64,000 bases of DNA from an uncultured Clostridium sp. (GTDB lineage: Bacteria > Bacillota_I > Bacilli_A > RF39 > UBA660): assembly GCA_964578175.1 (NCBI GenBank), contig CAZOBH010000002.1, forward strand, positions 1,304 to 65,303, in the 5' to 3' direction. Below are positions 9,705 through 18,381 of this stretch, one piece after another (positions within the stretch are counted from its first letter, which is position 1; each line of letters begins with the position of its first letter). The notes below the pieces were generated by a model. It did not search any database. It saw only the letters and a program-made list of their open reading frames with translations, and was not told where the DNA came from. A program made the translations under genes and the position numbers.

Positions 9705-10904
9705 ATGTATTGTCCTAAATGTGGTAATGTACTAGATGATAATTCAAAGTTTTGTCCTAGATGTGGTTATAGAGTAGGGAATGATAGTACTAAAGAAATA
9801 AATATTGGAGTTATAAAAGATTTAAGTAAAAAGAGTGATTTAAATGTAGTTAAACCTAAAAAGAATAATGTTAATAATGGTAACGTAGTAGTTGCTCTTT
9901 TACTAGTGATTATAATTATAATTTTAGTATTTATTTTAGCAGTTGCTATTAAGAATAATAGAAGAGTAACGACTAAACAAGATATAAATGAATATTGTAA
10001 AACTCATTCAACAGATACTATTTGTGGTAATAAAGAAGAAGAAAAAAATGATTTTGATGTTTTAGACTTTTCTAGTTATAGTTTTGATGTATCAACTTCA
10101 AAAGAAGGATTTGTAAATCAAGTAAAAGATGCTTTAACTTCTAAAGAAGAAGAAGGAAATAAATATTGTAATAATACTACATATACTAAATTGAATTCTC
10201 ATTTAGATAAATCACTTAATTTAAATTATTCATATACTTGTAATGTAGATGAAATTTATATGAATAATGTAGTAAATAGACTTAATGATTTTTATAGGGA
10301 ATTAAAGATACCAGAAGCATTAGTTAATTCATATCTAGTTGGTAGAAGAGAACCTCAAGTATATGCAGACTTTAGTTTTAAAATATTAGGATTTAATGAA
10401 AATTATTATGGTTATATAAAAAGAATATATATTAATTCTAATACTTTTAGTGATTATGATATAGTAAAGAAATCTTATGAAAGAGATTTAACTTCTAAAT
10501 TCCATCCAAAGAATTCTAAACCAGAAGATGTTATAGTTCATGAAACTGCTCATGCTTTAGATTATTACATATTTACTAAAAAGATGAATATAGAAAATCT
10601 AGTAATAGATGATACTTCTAAATATGGAAGTATGATAGATAGTTGGAATAATCAAACATATTCAACTCAAGTTGTTAAAGAAGCTGTAAAAAGAGTAAAT
10701 GATAAATTAAGAGCAGAAGGAAAGAACGCAAGAACTGAAATTAGTTTAAGAGAAGAAATAAGTGGATACGCTAAACAACTTTATGCAGAAACTTTCGCTG
10801 AGGCTATGGTTGATTATTTCGTAAATAAAGATAATGCTTCTCCTTTATCAATAGAAATGTATAAAATAGTAGAACAAGATTTAATTTCTTTAGGAGGTAA
10901 ATAA
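9705..10904 (+). CDS. Zinc-ribbon / TM / extracytoplasmic HExxH domain protein (putative metallopeptidase)
   Basis: N-terminus MYCPKCG...CPRCG, then TM helix VVVALLLVIIIIILVFILAVAI, then HETAHALDYY with a downstream AETFAEAMVDYF. Preferred start is 9705 (RBS ggagga), 1 nt after the previous stop. Confidence 0.65.
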   Translation: MYCPKCGNVLDDNSKFCPRCGYRVGNDSTKEINIGVIKDLSKKSDLNVVKPKKNNVNNGNVVVALLLVIIIIILVFILAVAIKNNRRVTTKQDINEYCKTHSTDTICGNKEEEKNDFDVLDFSSYSFDVSTSKEGFVNQVKDALTSKEEEGNKYCNNTTYTKLNSHLDKSLNLNYSYTCNVDEIYMNNVVNRLNDFYRELKIPEALVNSYLVGRREPQVYADFSFKILGFNENYYGYIKRIYINSNTFSDYDIVKKSYERDLTSKFHPKNSKPEDVIVHETAHALDYYIFTKKMNIENLVIDDTSKYGSMIDSWNNQTYSTQVVKEAVKRVNDKLRAEGKNARTEISLREEISGYAKQLYAETFAEAMVDYFVNKDNASPLSIEMYKIVEQDLISLGGK

Positions 10905-10905
10905 G

Positions 10906-12609
10906 ATGAAAAGAAAGATATTATTATCAATAATCTTATTATTATTAATCTTTTCAGTTATAAGCTTTTTTACCTATAGTGAAAAGAAAGATTTTAATTT
11001 AAATATAGATCTTGATAAAGAAACAGATAATATTTCATATAAATTAACTAGTTTAGATAATAAATATGATTTAAAAGATAAAGATAATTATAAATTAAAA
11101 AATAAGGATAAAGAAGAAGTTATAAAACTAGTAAAGGCTATGTTAAAAGATTTTAATAAAGCATCAACTGTAAGTTATAAAGAATATGTAGCTTTAATTG
11201 AAAGTCATGAAGTAAGATTTCCATCAGTTAAAATAGGTGATGTATTCTTTGAACAAGATGATTATAAAAAATGGCAAGAAAATAATACTGTGTTTCTTTC
11301 ATATTCTATGATGTTTCATAATAGAGAAATGAAATATAAATCAATAAAAGATATAGTTATTACATATGCATCTAATAAGAGAATAATTGTTAAAGCATAT
11401 CTTGATGATGTTTCATTATCTTATAGTGATAAAGCTTATTATATAGACTCTATCGTTGAATTTGAATGCGTTTATGAAAAAGAAAGTAAAATGTATAAAA
11501 TTAATTCAATGAAATGGGAATGGGTAAATGATATTAACAAGTATTATAATCAAGTAGATAAAGAAGAAAGAGATATAAATAATAAAAATGCTAATGTATT
11601 AAATAATAAATCTAGTTATATACCAACATCAGATCCATCAATAAATTATGATAAATTAAAAAAATTATCTAGTTCAGTAACTAATAAGATATACGAAGAT
11701 AATAAAGATAAAGTAGCTGTTATAGCGAGTGTTAATAATTCTGGTATAGCATCAGGAAATTCTACAGGATTTTTTATAAGAAGTGGTGTTTTAGTAACTA
11801 CTTATGATTCATTTGTAGATATGGTAGATAATGGATCTACTAGATACTATGCTGATATAAATGGCCAAGTAGAAGAAATACAAGGAGTAGTAGCGGCTTA
11901 TCCAAATCTTAATTTAATTATTCTTAAATTAAAAAAAGAAACAAAATTACCTGTTCAGTTAGGAAACTATAAAGATTTAGAAAAAGATGATCCCGTTGTT
12001 ATTATAAGTAGTTCATTAGGTCTTACTTCAATGATTAAATCAGGTACTTATTTTGATAGTTATAATGATAATATTAAGGTACTTAGAACTTCACTTCCTC
12101 TTTCAAATGGAGATAATGGAAGTCCTATATTTAATACTAGTGGTCAAGTAATAGGAATTAATAATAATGTATCTAAAAATATTAATGAGTATTCAAGTGG
12201 CTTAAATAATGCAATAGATGTTAATGTATTAAAACCTATTATAGATAAATTACAAGATCAAGATTTTTCTGATATTAAAGTAATTAAACTAAGCAATTTA
12301 TCTAATGAATCATTAAAAGTAATAAATAAAGTTTCTAAAAATAAATGGAATAAATATCAAAAAATAACTCAAATAACTGAATATTTACCAGTACAATTAT
12401 ATAGTGCATATACTAGTGGAAAATATATGATTATTAGATATAAAAATCAAGATAATATTATAGATAATAATGGAGCTATATCTTTATATAAAACTAAGTT
12501 AAAAGAAGAAGGATATAAAGAAGATTCTGATATCTTATCAAAAGATAATATAAAAATTACTATTAAAGATTCTTTAGGATATATAGTCCTAATAGTAGAA
12601 GGAGTTTAA
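10906..12609 (+). CDS. Membrane-anchored trypsin-fold (S1/Trypsin_2-like) protein with the catalytic triad apparently replaced
   Basis: N-terminal TM helix. The central region aligns by eye to the HtrA-type pattern (GNSTGFFIRSGVLVTTYDSF; NLNLIILKL; GDNGSPIFNTSGQVIGINN), but the His, Asp and Ser positions are not conserved. Confidence 0.6.
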   Translation: MKRKILLSIILLLLIFSVISFFTYSEKKDFNLNIDLDKETDNISYKLTSLDNKYDLKDKDNYKLKNKDKEEVIKLVKAMLKDFNKASTVSYKEYVALIESHEVRFPSVKIGDVFFEQDDYKKWQENNTVFLSYSMMFHNREMKYKSIKDIVITYASNKRIIVKAYLDDVSLSYSDKAYYIDSIVEFECVYEKESKMYKINSMKWEWVNDINKYYNQVDKEERDINNKNANVLNNKSSYIPTSDPSINYDKLKKLSSSVTNKIYEDNKDKVAVIASVNNSGIASGNSTGFFIRSGVLVTTYDSFVDMVDNGSTRYYADINGQVEEIQGVVAAYPNLNLIILKLKKETKLPVQLGNYKDLEKDDPVVIISSSLGLTSMIKSGTYFDSYNDNIKVLRTSLPLSNGDNGSPIFNTSGQVIGINNNVSKNINEYSSGLNNAIDVNVLKPIIDKLQDQDFSDIKVIKLSNLSNESLKVINKVSKNKWNKYQKITQITEYLPVQLYSAYTSGKYMIIRYKNQDNIIDNNGAISLYKTKLKEEGYKEDSDILSKDNIKITIKDSLGYIVLIVEGV

Positions 12610-12610
12610 T

Positions 12611-13123
12611 ATGAAGATAAAGTTAAATATAAAAATAATATCTTTTTCAATTATAGCTCTGATAATAATATTTATATTAATAGGTTTAATAGTTAAGAAT
12701 GTAGCAGTAAAAAACTTTGAAATAAATACGTATAAAGATAATAATATTACATTTAAATATGATTCTAATTTTGAAATAAATAATAATAATGATGACTATG
12801 TAGAATTAAATAATAATGATAATACTGCTACAATAGTTATAAAGAATCTAGATGGAAATGAATTAAATGCCGATATTGCAAAAAATATTGCTTATCAAGT
12901 AATAGATAAAGATAAGTATATAGAAACATATAATAATTATGAAAATAATAGATATATTTATCTATTTGAAAACTATAATCAAGGTAAACAAATAGAAGTT
13001 ATTAGTTTTATTATGAAGAAAAAACTATATATAGTTATTTATGAATCTAATTCTGATAGTTTTGATTTATATATTGAATCTTTAAATATAATATTAGATT
13101 CATTGAAAGTTATAGGTGATTAG
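12611..13123 (+). CDS. Hypothetical N-terminally anchored protein
   Basis: TM helix IISFSIIALIIIFILIGLIV followed by about 140 aa of beta-rich domain. Starts 1 nt after the upstream stop. Confidence 0.55.
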   Translation: MKIKLNIKIISFSIIALIIIFILIGLIVKNVAVKNFEINTYKDNNITFKYDSNFEINNNNDDYVELNNNDNTATIVIKNLDGNELNADIAKNIAYQVIDKDKYIETYNNYENNRYIYLFENYNQGKQIEVISFIMKKKLYIVIYESNSDSFDLYIESLNIILDSLKVIGD

Positions 13124-13642
13124 ATGAAGAAAAAAATAATAATATTTTTAGTAATTTTTATAGTTTCTGTATTAGTAGTAGTTTCTTTATTCTTATTTAA
13201 TAATAGTAAAAAAGAGGAAAAAGAATTTATTAATATAAAAATTGATAAATGTAGTTTTGATATATTAAAAGATTATGGATATAAATATGACAAAGATAAG
13301 AAAGTTGGTATGTTTACAAACAAAATGTTTATTAAATCATATATATTTGTTTCAGATCAAAAGTATTCAAGTTTAATAAATTCTAGTTCTTACTATTATG
13401 ATATGGGTGGAGAAGAAAAAGATACTGTTGTAAATGAATTTCAAATAAATGAGTATAATGCTTTTACTAATGAAAAATTAGTATATTATGATGATAAGGA
13501 TTCAAATGATAATTTAGTAATTATACTAGTTGAATTAAAAGAAGATAAAACATTAGTAATTCAATATCAAATAGAGGAAAATCAAGATAATTATAAAGTA
13601 TTAGAAAATGTTAAAGAAGGACTTAATAATTTAAAGAGTTAA
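13124..13642 (+). CDS. Hypothetical N-terminally anchored protein
   Basis: TM helix IIIFLVIFIVSVLVVVSLFLF followed by about 140 aa. The start abuts the previous stop with no gap. Confidence 0.55.
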   Translation: MKKKIIIFLVIFIVSVLVVVSLFLFNNSKKEEKEFINIKIDKCSFDILKDYGYKYDKDKKVGMFTNKMFIKSYIFVSDQKYSSLINSSSYYYDMGGEEKDTVVNEFQINEYNAFTNEKLVYYDDKDSNDNLVIILVELKEDKTLVIQYQIEENQDNYKVLENVKEGLNNLKS

Positions 13643-13708
13643 TAGAGTTATTGAAAAAAGTTAAAAAAAGTAATATGATATATTTATAATAGAAAGGAGT
13701 TTGTAATT

Positions 13709-14569
13709 ATGAATTGTCCAAAATGTGGAGCTCAACTTAAAGAAGGAGATAAATTTTGTCAAGTATGTGGAAGTGTAATTGAAGAAACTACTCAACCTGC
13801 AGCCGCACCAGTACAAGAACCAACTGTTCAAGCTGAGGCAGCTGCACCTGTTGCACCAGTAACACCAGAACCTACACCAGCACCTCAAGCACCAACACCT
13901 ACAATTACATCAGGACCAGCATTAACTAGCGATAATACTCAAGGAGTACCTCAAAAGAAAAATAACACAGTTGTTATGATATTAGTTGCTGTAGTATTAT
14001 TCTTAGTTGGTTTTGCAATTGCTTACTTTGTGTTTGGTTCAAACGGAAGTAGCAATAATAATGGAGGATCAACAGGAGGAAATTCAACTCCAGCAACACC
14101 AGTAGTTCAAAAGAAGACTACAACTACAACAATTGGTGAGTTTAAAGTTGAATTACCTGAAGGATATGGAGTATCAATTGAAAAAAATAATCCATACTTT
14201 TATAAGAATGATAATAGTGTTTATGGTACATTTGAAAAAACAACTGGAAATATTTTAAACGCTGATGAAACAACTATGGCAGCATATTTCCAACAAAAAG
14301 GTTTAGTAGGATCTACTGGATCTAAAACAACTGTAAACGGAAAAAATGCTATTATTATCCACGGAACATATAATAATTATGAAGAAGATATAATTTATGT
14401 TCAAGCTGATCCAGTAAATGTTATCTGTGGTGAAATTATGTATTATACTGCAGGTGACTATAGTAAAGAAAAAGACAATGCACAAGGAATTTATGGAACA
14501 GCAAGTATTGTTGAAACTACATCAAATGCAAAAACAGGTGGATTAATGCCAAAAGAAGCCTTAAAATAA
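13709..14569 (+). CDS. Zinc-ribbon / Pro-Ala-rich linker / TM / extracytoplasmic domain protein
   Basis: MNCPKCG...CQVCG, then the linker QPAAAPVQEPTVQAEAAAPVAPVTPEPTPAPQAPTPT, then TM helix VVMILVAVVLFLVGFAIAYFVF, then a Gly/Ser/Asn spacer and a beta-rich C-terminal domain. Confidence 0.65.
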   Translation: MNCPKCGAQLKEGDKFCQVCGSVIEETTQPAAAPVQEPTVQAEAAAPVAPVTPEPTPAPQAPTPTITSGPALTSDNTQGVPQKKNNTVVMILVAVVLFLVGFAIAYFVFGSNGSSNNNGGSTGGNSTPATPVVQKKTTTTTIGEFKVELPEGYGVSIEKNNPYFYKNDNSVYGTFEKTTGNILNADETTMAAYFQQKGLVGSTGSKTTVNGKNAIIIHGTYNNYEEDIIYVQADPVNVICGEIMYYTAGDYSKEKDNAQGIYGTASIVETTSNAKTGGLMPKEALK

Positions 14570-14578
14570 TACAAAATA

Positions 14579-14620
14579 AAAAAGAACCATCGGTGAGAGA
14601 GTAAATGGTTCTTTTTTTTG
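14579..14620 (+). terminator. Strong intrinsic terminator closing the six-gene cluster
   Basis: Stem aaagaaccat / atggttcttt with a 14-nt loop, followed by a T8 run. Confidence 0.75.
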
Positions 14621-14715
14621 TACTAATTTATCTGTACATACTAAATATATCTTATTAATGTGAAAATAGTGTGAAAATATTATGAAAAAATAATATAATG
14701 TAAATAGGTGATTGC

Positions 14716-15918
14716 ATGAATAATTTAACAATTCTAAAATTAGATCATTTTGGTAGAGGTATTGCTAGAGTTGATCATGATATTTATTTTATTAGTGGAG
14801 CTTTACCTGGAGATATTGTTAATGTAGAGATAATAAAAAATAAAAAGAATATAAAAGAAGGAATAGTAAAAGAATATATTTCTAAATCTATATTACATAA
14901 AGAAAGTAAATGTAAATATTTTAATGTATGTGGTGGATGTACTTTTTTAAATTTAGATTATCAAGAAGAATTAAAATTTAAAGAGATGAAGATTAATGAA
15001 TTAGTACATAAGATGTTAAAAGAGGATGTAAAAATAAATAGTATTATCCCTTCAACTGAATATAATTATAGAAATAAAATTACATTACATGGTAATGAAA
15101 TTGGAATGTATAAAGATAAAAGTAATGAAATAGTTAAAATAGATAGATGCTATCTAATAAATGATAAAATAAATATAATTATTGATAGAATTCATAAATA
15201 TACTGATAAAAATAAAGTTAGAATAGATGAACTAACTATTAAATGTACATCTTTAAATGAAATAATGATAAGTATTTATGGTAATTTAGATTATGATCAT
15301 TTCTTAAATGAGTTTAAAGATATAAAAGTAATATATATAAATAATCAATTAGTTAGTAAAGATAGATATATTAAAGAGAAGATATTGAATAAAGAATTTA
15401 ATATTTCAAATCATTCGTTTTTTCAAGTTAATACGTATAATACTGAAAATTTATATAATTTAGTCATAAATATTATTAAAGATAAAAATTATAAAAAGGC
15501 ACTAGATTTATATTGTGGTACAGGTACAATAGGAATACTCATTAGTGAATATGTAGATGAAGTAGTTGGAATAGAAGAAGTAAAAGACGCTATAACAGAT
15601 GCAAATAACAATAAGGAAATAAATCAAGTTAATAATATAAGTTTTATATGTGGTAAAGTAGAAGATAATATTAATTTATTTAATGATATTGATTTAGTTA
15701 TAGTTGATCCACCTAGAGCAGGACTAGATATAAAAACAAGAGATAATATAAAAAGAATAAATCCTGATACAATTATTTACGTATCATGTGATCCTGCTAC
15801 TTTAATGAGAGATTTAAATGATTTAAAAGATAAATACTTAATAAAAGAAATAACACCAGTTGATATGTTTCCTAAGACATATCATTGCGAGAGTGTCTGT
15901 ATATTAGAAAGAAAGTAA
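14716..15918 (+). CDS. rlmD: 23S rRNA (uracil-5-)-methyltransferase, RumA/RlmD (RlmCD) family
   Basis: TRAM-like N-terminus, Fe-S cysteines CKYFNVCGGC, SAM motif LDLYCGTGTIG, DPPRAG, and catalytic region VSCDPATLMRD. Ends ...HCESVCILERK. Confidence 0.9.
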   Translation: MNNLTILKLDHFGRGIARVDHDIYFISGALPGDIVNVEIIKNKKNIKEGIVKEYISKSILHKESKCKYFNVCGGCTFLNLDYQEELKFKEMKINELVHKMLKEDVKINSIIPSTEYNYRNKITLHGNEIGMYKDKSNEIVKIDRCYLINDKINIIIDRIHKYTDKNKVRIDELTIKCTSLNEIMISIYGNLDYDHFLNEFKDIKVIYINNQLVSKDRYIKEKILNKEFNISNHSFFQVNTYNTENLYNLVINIIKDKNYKKALDLYCGTGTIGILISEYVDEVVGIEEVKDAITDANNNKEINQVNNISFICGKVEDNINLFNDIDLVIVDPPRAGLDIKTRDNIKRINPDTIIYVSCDPATLMRDLNDLKDKYLIKEITPVDMFPKTYHCESVCILERK

Positions 15919-15930
15919 GGAGAGATAAAA

Positions 15931-16545
15931 ATGAAATTAATATTTGGAACAACAAATAAAAGAAAAGTAGAGGATTTACAAAATACAATTAATGAAATGA
16001 ATTTAGATATTGAAGTATTGAGTATGGAAGATATTGGATGGGATAGAGGAGAAATTGAAGAAAATGGTTCGACTATTGAAGAAAACTCTCTAATTAAAGC
16101 TCAAGCAATATTAGCATTCTGTAAAGACCATGATATTGAATATCCAATTATGACAGATGATGCCGGATTGTTTGTAGATGAATTAAACGGAGAACCAGGC
16201 ATATATACAGCGAGATACGCAGATGATGAACTTGCTATTGATCCAAAATTACCAAAATATCAATGTGTCCTAAAATTACTTAGAAAACTAAATAATAAAA
16301 ATAATAGAAATGCTACATATAGATGTTGTGTAACAACAATGATGTCAAACGGTGAATATCATCAAGAATTAGGCGAGAGTAAAGGTACCATTGCAAAAGA
16401 AATAATTGGAGATATAACTAAACCATATTTTTATTCAGTATTCATTTTGAATGGTACAAGTGTAGCTTTCAATAAATTAAAACCAAAAGAACTAGATAAT
16501 ACATATAGATACAAAGCTTTAAGAAAAGCATTAAAAAAATTTTAA
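15931..16545 (+). CDS. Non-canonical purine NTP pyrophosphatase, RdgB/HAM1 family (divergent)
   Basis: FGTTNKRKVEDL, TDDAGLFVDELNGEPGIYTARY and the C-terminal YRYKALRKAL match the family pattern with substitutions. Confidence 0.78.
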   Translation: MKLIFGTTNKRKVEDLQNTINEMNLDIEVLSMEDIGWDRGEIEENGSTIEENSLIKAQAILAFCKDHDIEYPIMTDDAGLFVDELNGEPGIYTARYADDELAIDPKLPKYQCVLKLLRKLNNKNNRNATYRCCVTTMMSNGEYHQELGESKGTIAKEIIGDITKPYFYSVFILNGTSVAFNKLKPKELDNTYRYKALRKALKKF

Positions 16546-16555
16546 TAAGCACTTA

Positions 16556-16650
16556 TTCCTAATACGCAAACAACTATGGTAGTTTCATAGCTAGGAAATA
16601 TTCCTGATACTGAAACAAGGATAGAGCACTTAGCACTGATACTGAAACAA
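16556..16650 (+). repeat. Three degenerate direct copies of an 18-nt motif (ttcctRatacNNaaacaa)
   Basis: Copies are ttcctaatacgcaaacaa (16556-16573), ttcctgatactgaaacaa (16601-16618) and gcactgatactgaaacaa (16633-16650). The 15-mer ctgatactgaaacaa is exact at 16604 and 16636. Confidence 0.7.
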
Positions 16651-16688
16651 CCCATTGCGAGAGTGTCACGGTACTTGAAAGGAGATAA
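16614..16688 (+). pseudogene. Displaced remnant of an rlmD/rumA 3' end (...DTETTHCESVTVLERR*)
   Basis: The 15-nt cattgcgagagtgtc at 16653-16667 is identical to 15883-15897 inside rlmD. The reading frame gives HCESVTVLERR* versus HCESVCILERK* in the intact gene. Confidence 0.6.
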
Positions 16689-16691
16689 TAT

Positions 16692-16898
16692 ATGAGTAAG
16701 TATGAACCATTATGGAGATATGTAAAAGAAAATAATAAAGAAGAGTATAAATTATCATTTGAAGAAGTAAAAAGAATAACTGGCTTTGATTTTGACCATG
16801 CATTCTTAACTTATAAAAAAGAATTACCAGATTATGGTTATGAGTTTAAAAAACTATCTTTAAAAGAAAAATGGGTATGGATTATTAAAAAGAAATAA
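16692..16898 (+). CDS. Small hypothetical protein (68 aa)
   Basis: RBS aaaggaga overlaps the remnant stop. The pattern KYEPLWRYVKEN....LSFEEVKRITGF resembles small proteins I associate with mobile or accessory contexts. The family was not verified. Confidence 0.5.
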   Translation: MSKYEPLWRYVKENNKEEYKLSFEEVKRITGFDFDHAFLTYKKELPDYGYEFKKLSLKEKWVWIIKKK

Positions 16899-17078
16899 TG
16901 GCATGTCAAAAACCAATAGACAAGGTTGATAAACTATTGGTTTTAGGAATGCAAAGACCCATGAACATACAAAAAGTGAGATGTCAAAAAAACACGGTCT
17001 AGCCAGGTGGAATGTGTTTGCTTACTCATGAAGAAATAGTCTTATTTTATAATGATTTGATAATTTTGAAAGTAATAA

Positions 17079-17116
17079 AAATGTACTAATTTTTAATAAA
17101 ATAGTACATTTTTTTA
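17079..17116 (+). terminator. Intrinsic terminator at the end of a 220-nt non-coding stretch
   Basis: Stem aatgtacta / tagtacatt followed by a T7 run. Confidence 0.6.
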
Positions 17117-17232
17117 GTTTATATAAAAATAGGTAGTTAGTGTTTGATATGTTCCAACATACCACCATGATATTCTTTTTATGCTGAATGTATGATTTAT
17201 GTTATAATATCATTATAGTATGGAGAAATAAT

Positions 17233-18381
17233 ATGAAGGATAAAGATAGCAAAGTTCATTTTATTCATTTTTTAGAAAAGTGGTTTATCATTGCAATTGT
17301 TTTATTTATAATTATACAAATTGTAGGTGGAATAATTATAAATGCAACTGTACCTAAGGAAGAACAAGAATCTTTTGAAAAATATAAAGAGGATTATATT
17401 GGTCATTGGTATGATGGGACTTTCTTTATAAATATGACAGTAGATGAAAACTATGGTAGTCAAGAACAATATCAAAAAATGTTAGATGATTATCATAGTA
17501 ATCCTAGACAAGATATTTATTTCTATATTGGTGATACATGTTCTATTGTAGCATTAATATTTATTGGAATATCTATCTATAACGATAGAAAGAAAAAATT
17601 ATTAGTTGGTAAAGCTCCTTTATTTGTTTCTTTAGCAGGATTATTTTTATTATTTTATTCATTGTTCGAACAAGCTGACTTTCATGTTTTGGTACATACT
17701 GAAGCATCTTATGCTAAAGGATTTTTAAGTACTGCTATATGGTATCCAGCTATACATAACATATTTATTATACCTGGACTGTTAATATTAATGGGACTAG
17801 TATTTAGACAGATTCAAAGAAAGAAATTAAAAGAGACTACTACTAATAATGAAAAATTAATAAAAGTAGTTATTGGATTTATTCTTACCATTGGACTAGG
17901 ATTCATCTTATGGAGGTTTGGTGAAAGAGTATACGAACTTGTAATGTTACTGTTAGGTAATGATATAAATATTAAATTACCATTCTATTACTATATGATG
18001 GAACTACCTAAAGAGTTTGCAATAAGCAGTGGATCATATTTAAAGTTAGTAATAGTAAGATTTATTAAAGATTTACCTGTATTTATAGCATCAATCATAT
18101 CTATAATCATGTTTGTAAAAATACTTATCTCTTATACTAAGAATAAAATAGTTTCTAAAGAGAACAATAAAAGATATATGATTATATTTATATCTTTAGC
18201 TATATCATCAGTAGTACTTAATTTATTAGGATTATATGAAGTAAATATTTTTAATAATGAATTCTTATATCAATATAAAGAAGCTACTTATACAATTGCT
18301 ATAAGGAGTTTAAGTGAGCCATTAATGTATGCATTCTTTATATATTTATTTAAATATTATGTTGAATCAACAAAAAAATAG
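17233..18381 (+). CDS. Hypothetical polytopic membrane protein
   Basis: About 8 predicted hydrophobic helices and no recognisable motif. I prefer the ATG at 17233 (RBS tggaga) over 17188. Confidence 0.6.
   Translation: MKDKDSKVHFIHFLEKWFIIAIVLFIIIQIVGGIIINATVPKEEQESFEKYKEDYIGHWYDGTFFINMTVDENYGSQEQYQKMLDDYHSNPRQDIYFYIGDTCSIVALIFIGISIYNDRKKKLLVGKAPLFVSLAGLFLLFYSLFEQADFHVLVHTEASYAKGFLSTAIWYPAIHNIFIIPGLLILMGLVFRQIQRKKLKETTTNNEKLIKVVIGFILTIGLGFILWRFGERVYELVMLLLGNDINIKLPFYYYMMELPKEFAISSGSYLKLVIVRFIKDLPVFIASIISIIMFVKILISYTKNKIVSKENNKRYMIIFISLAISSVVLNLLGLYEVNIFNNEFLYQYKEATYTIAIRSLSEPLMYAFFIYLFKYYVESTKK

Noticed and set aside
13661-13888. 75-aa minus-strand ORF rich in Cys, Trp and Arg
   Set aside because: It is the antisense frame of the GC-rich Pro/Ala linker of the 13709 gene. 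Its composition (CRFWCYWCNRC) is an artefact of reading CCN/GCN codons backwards.
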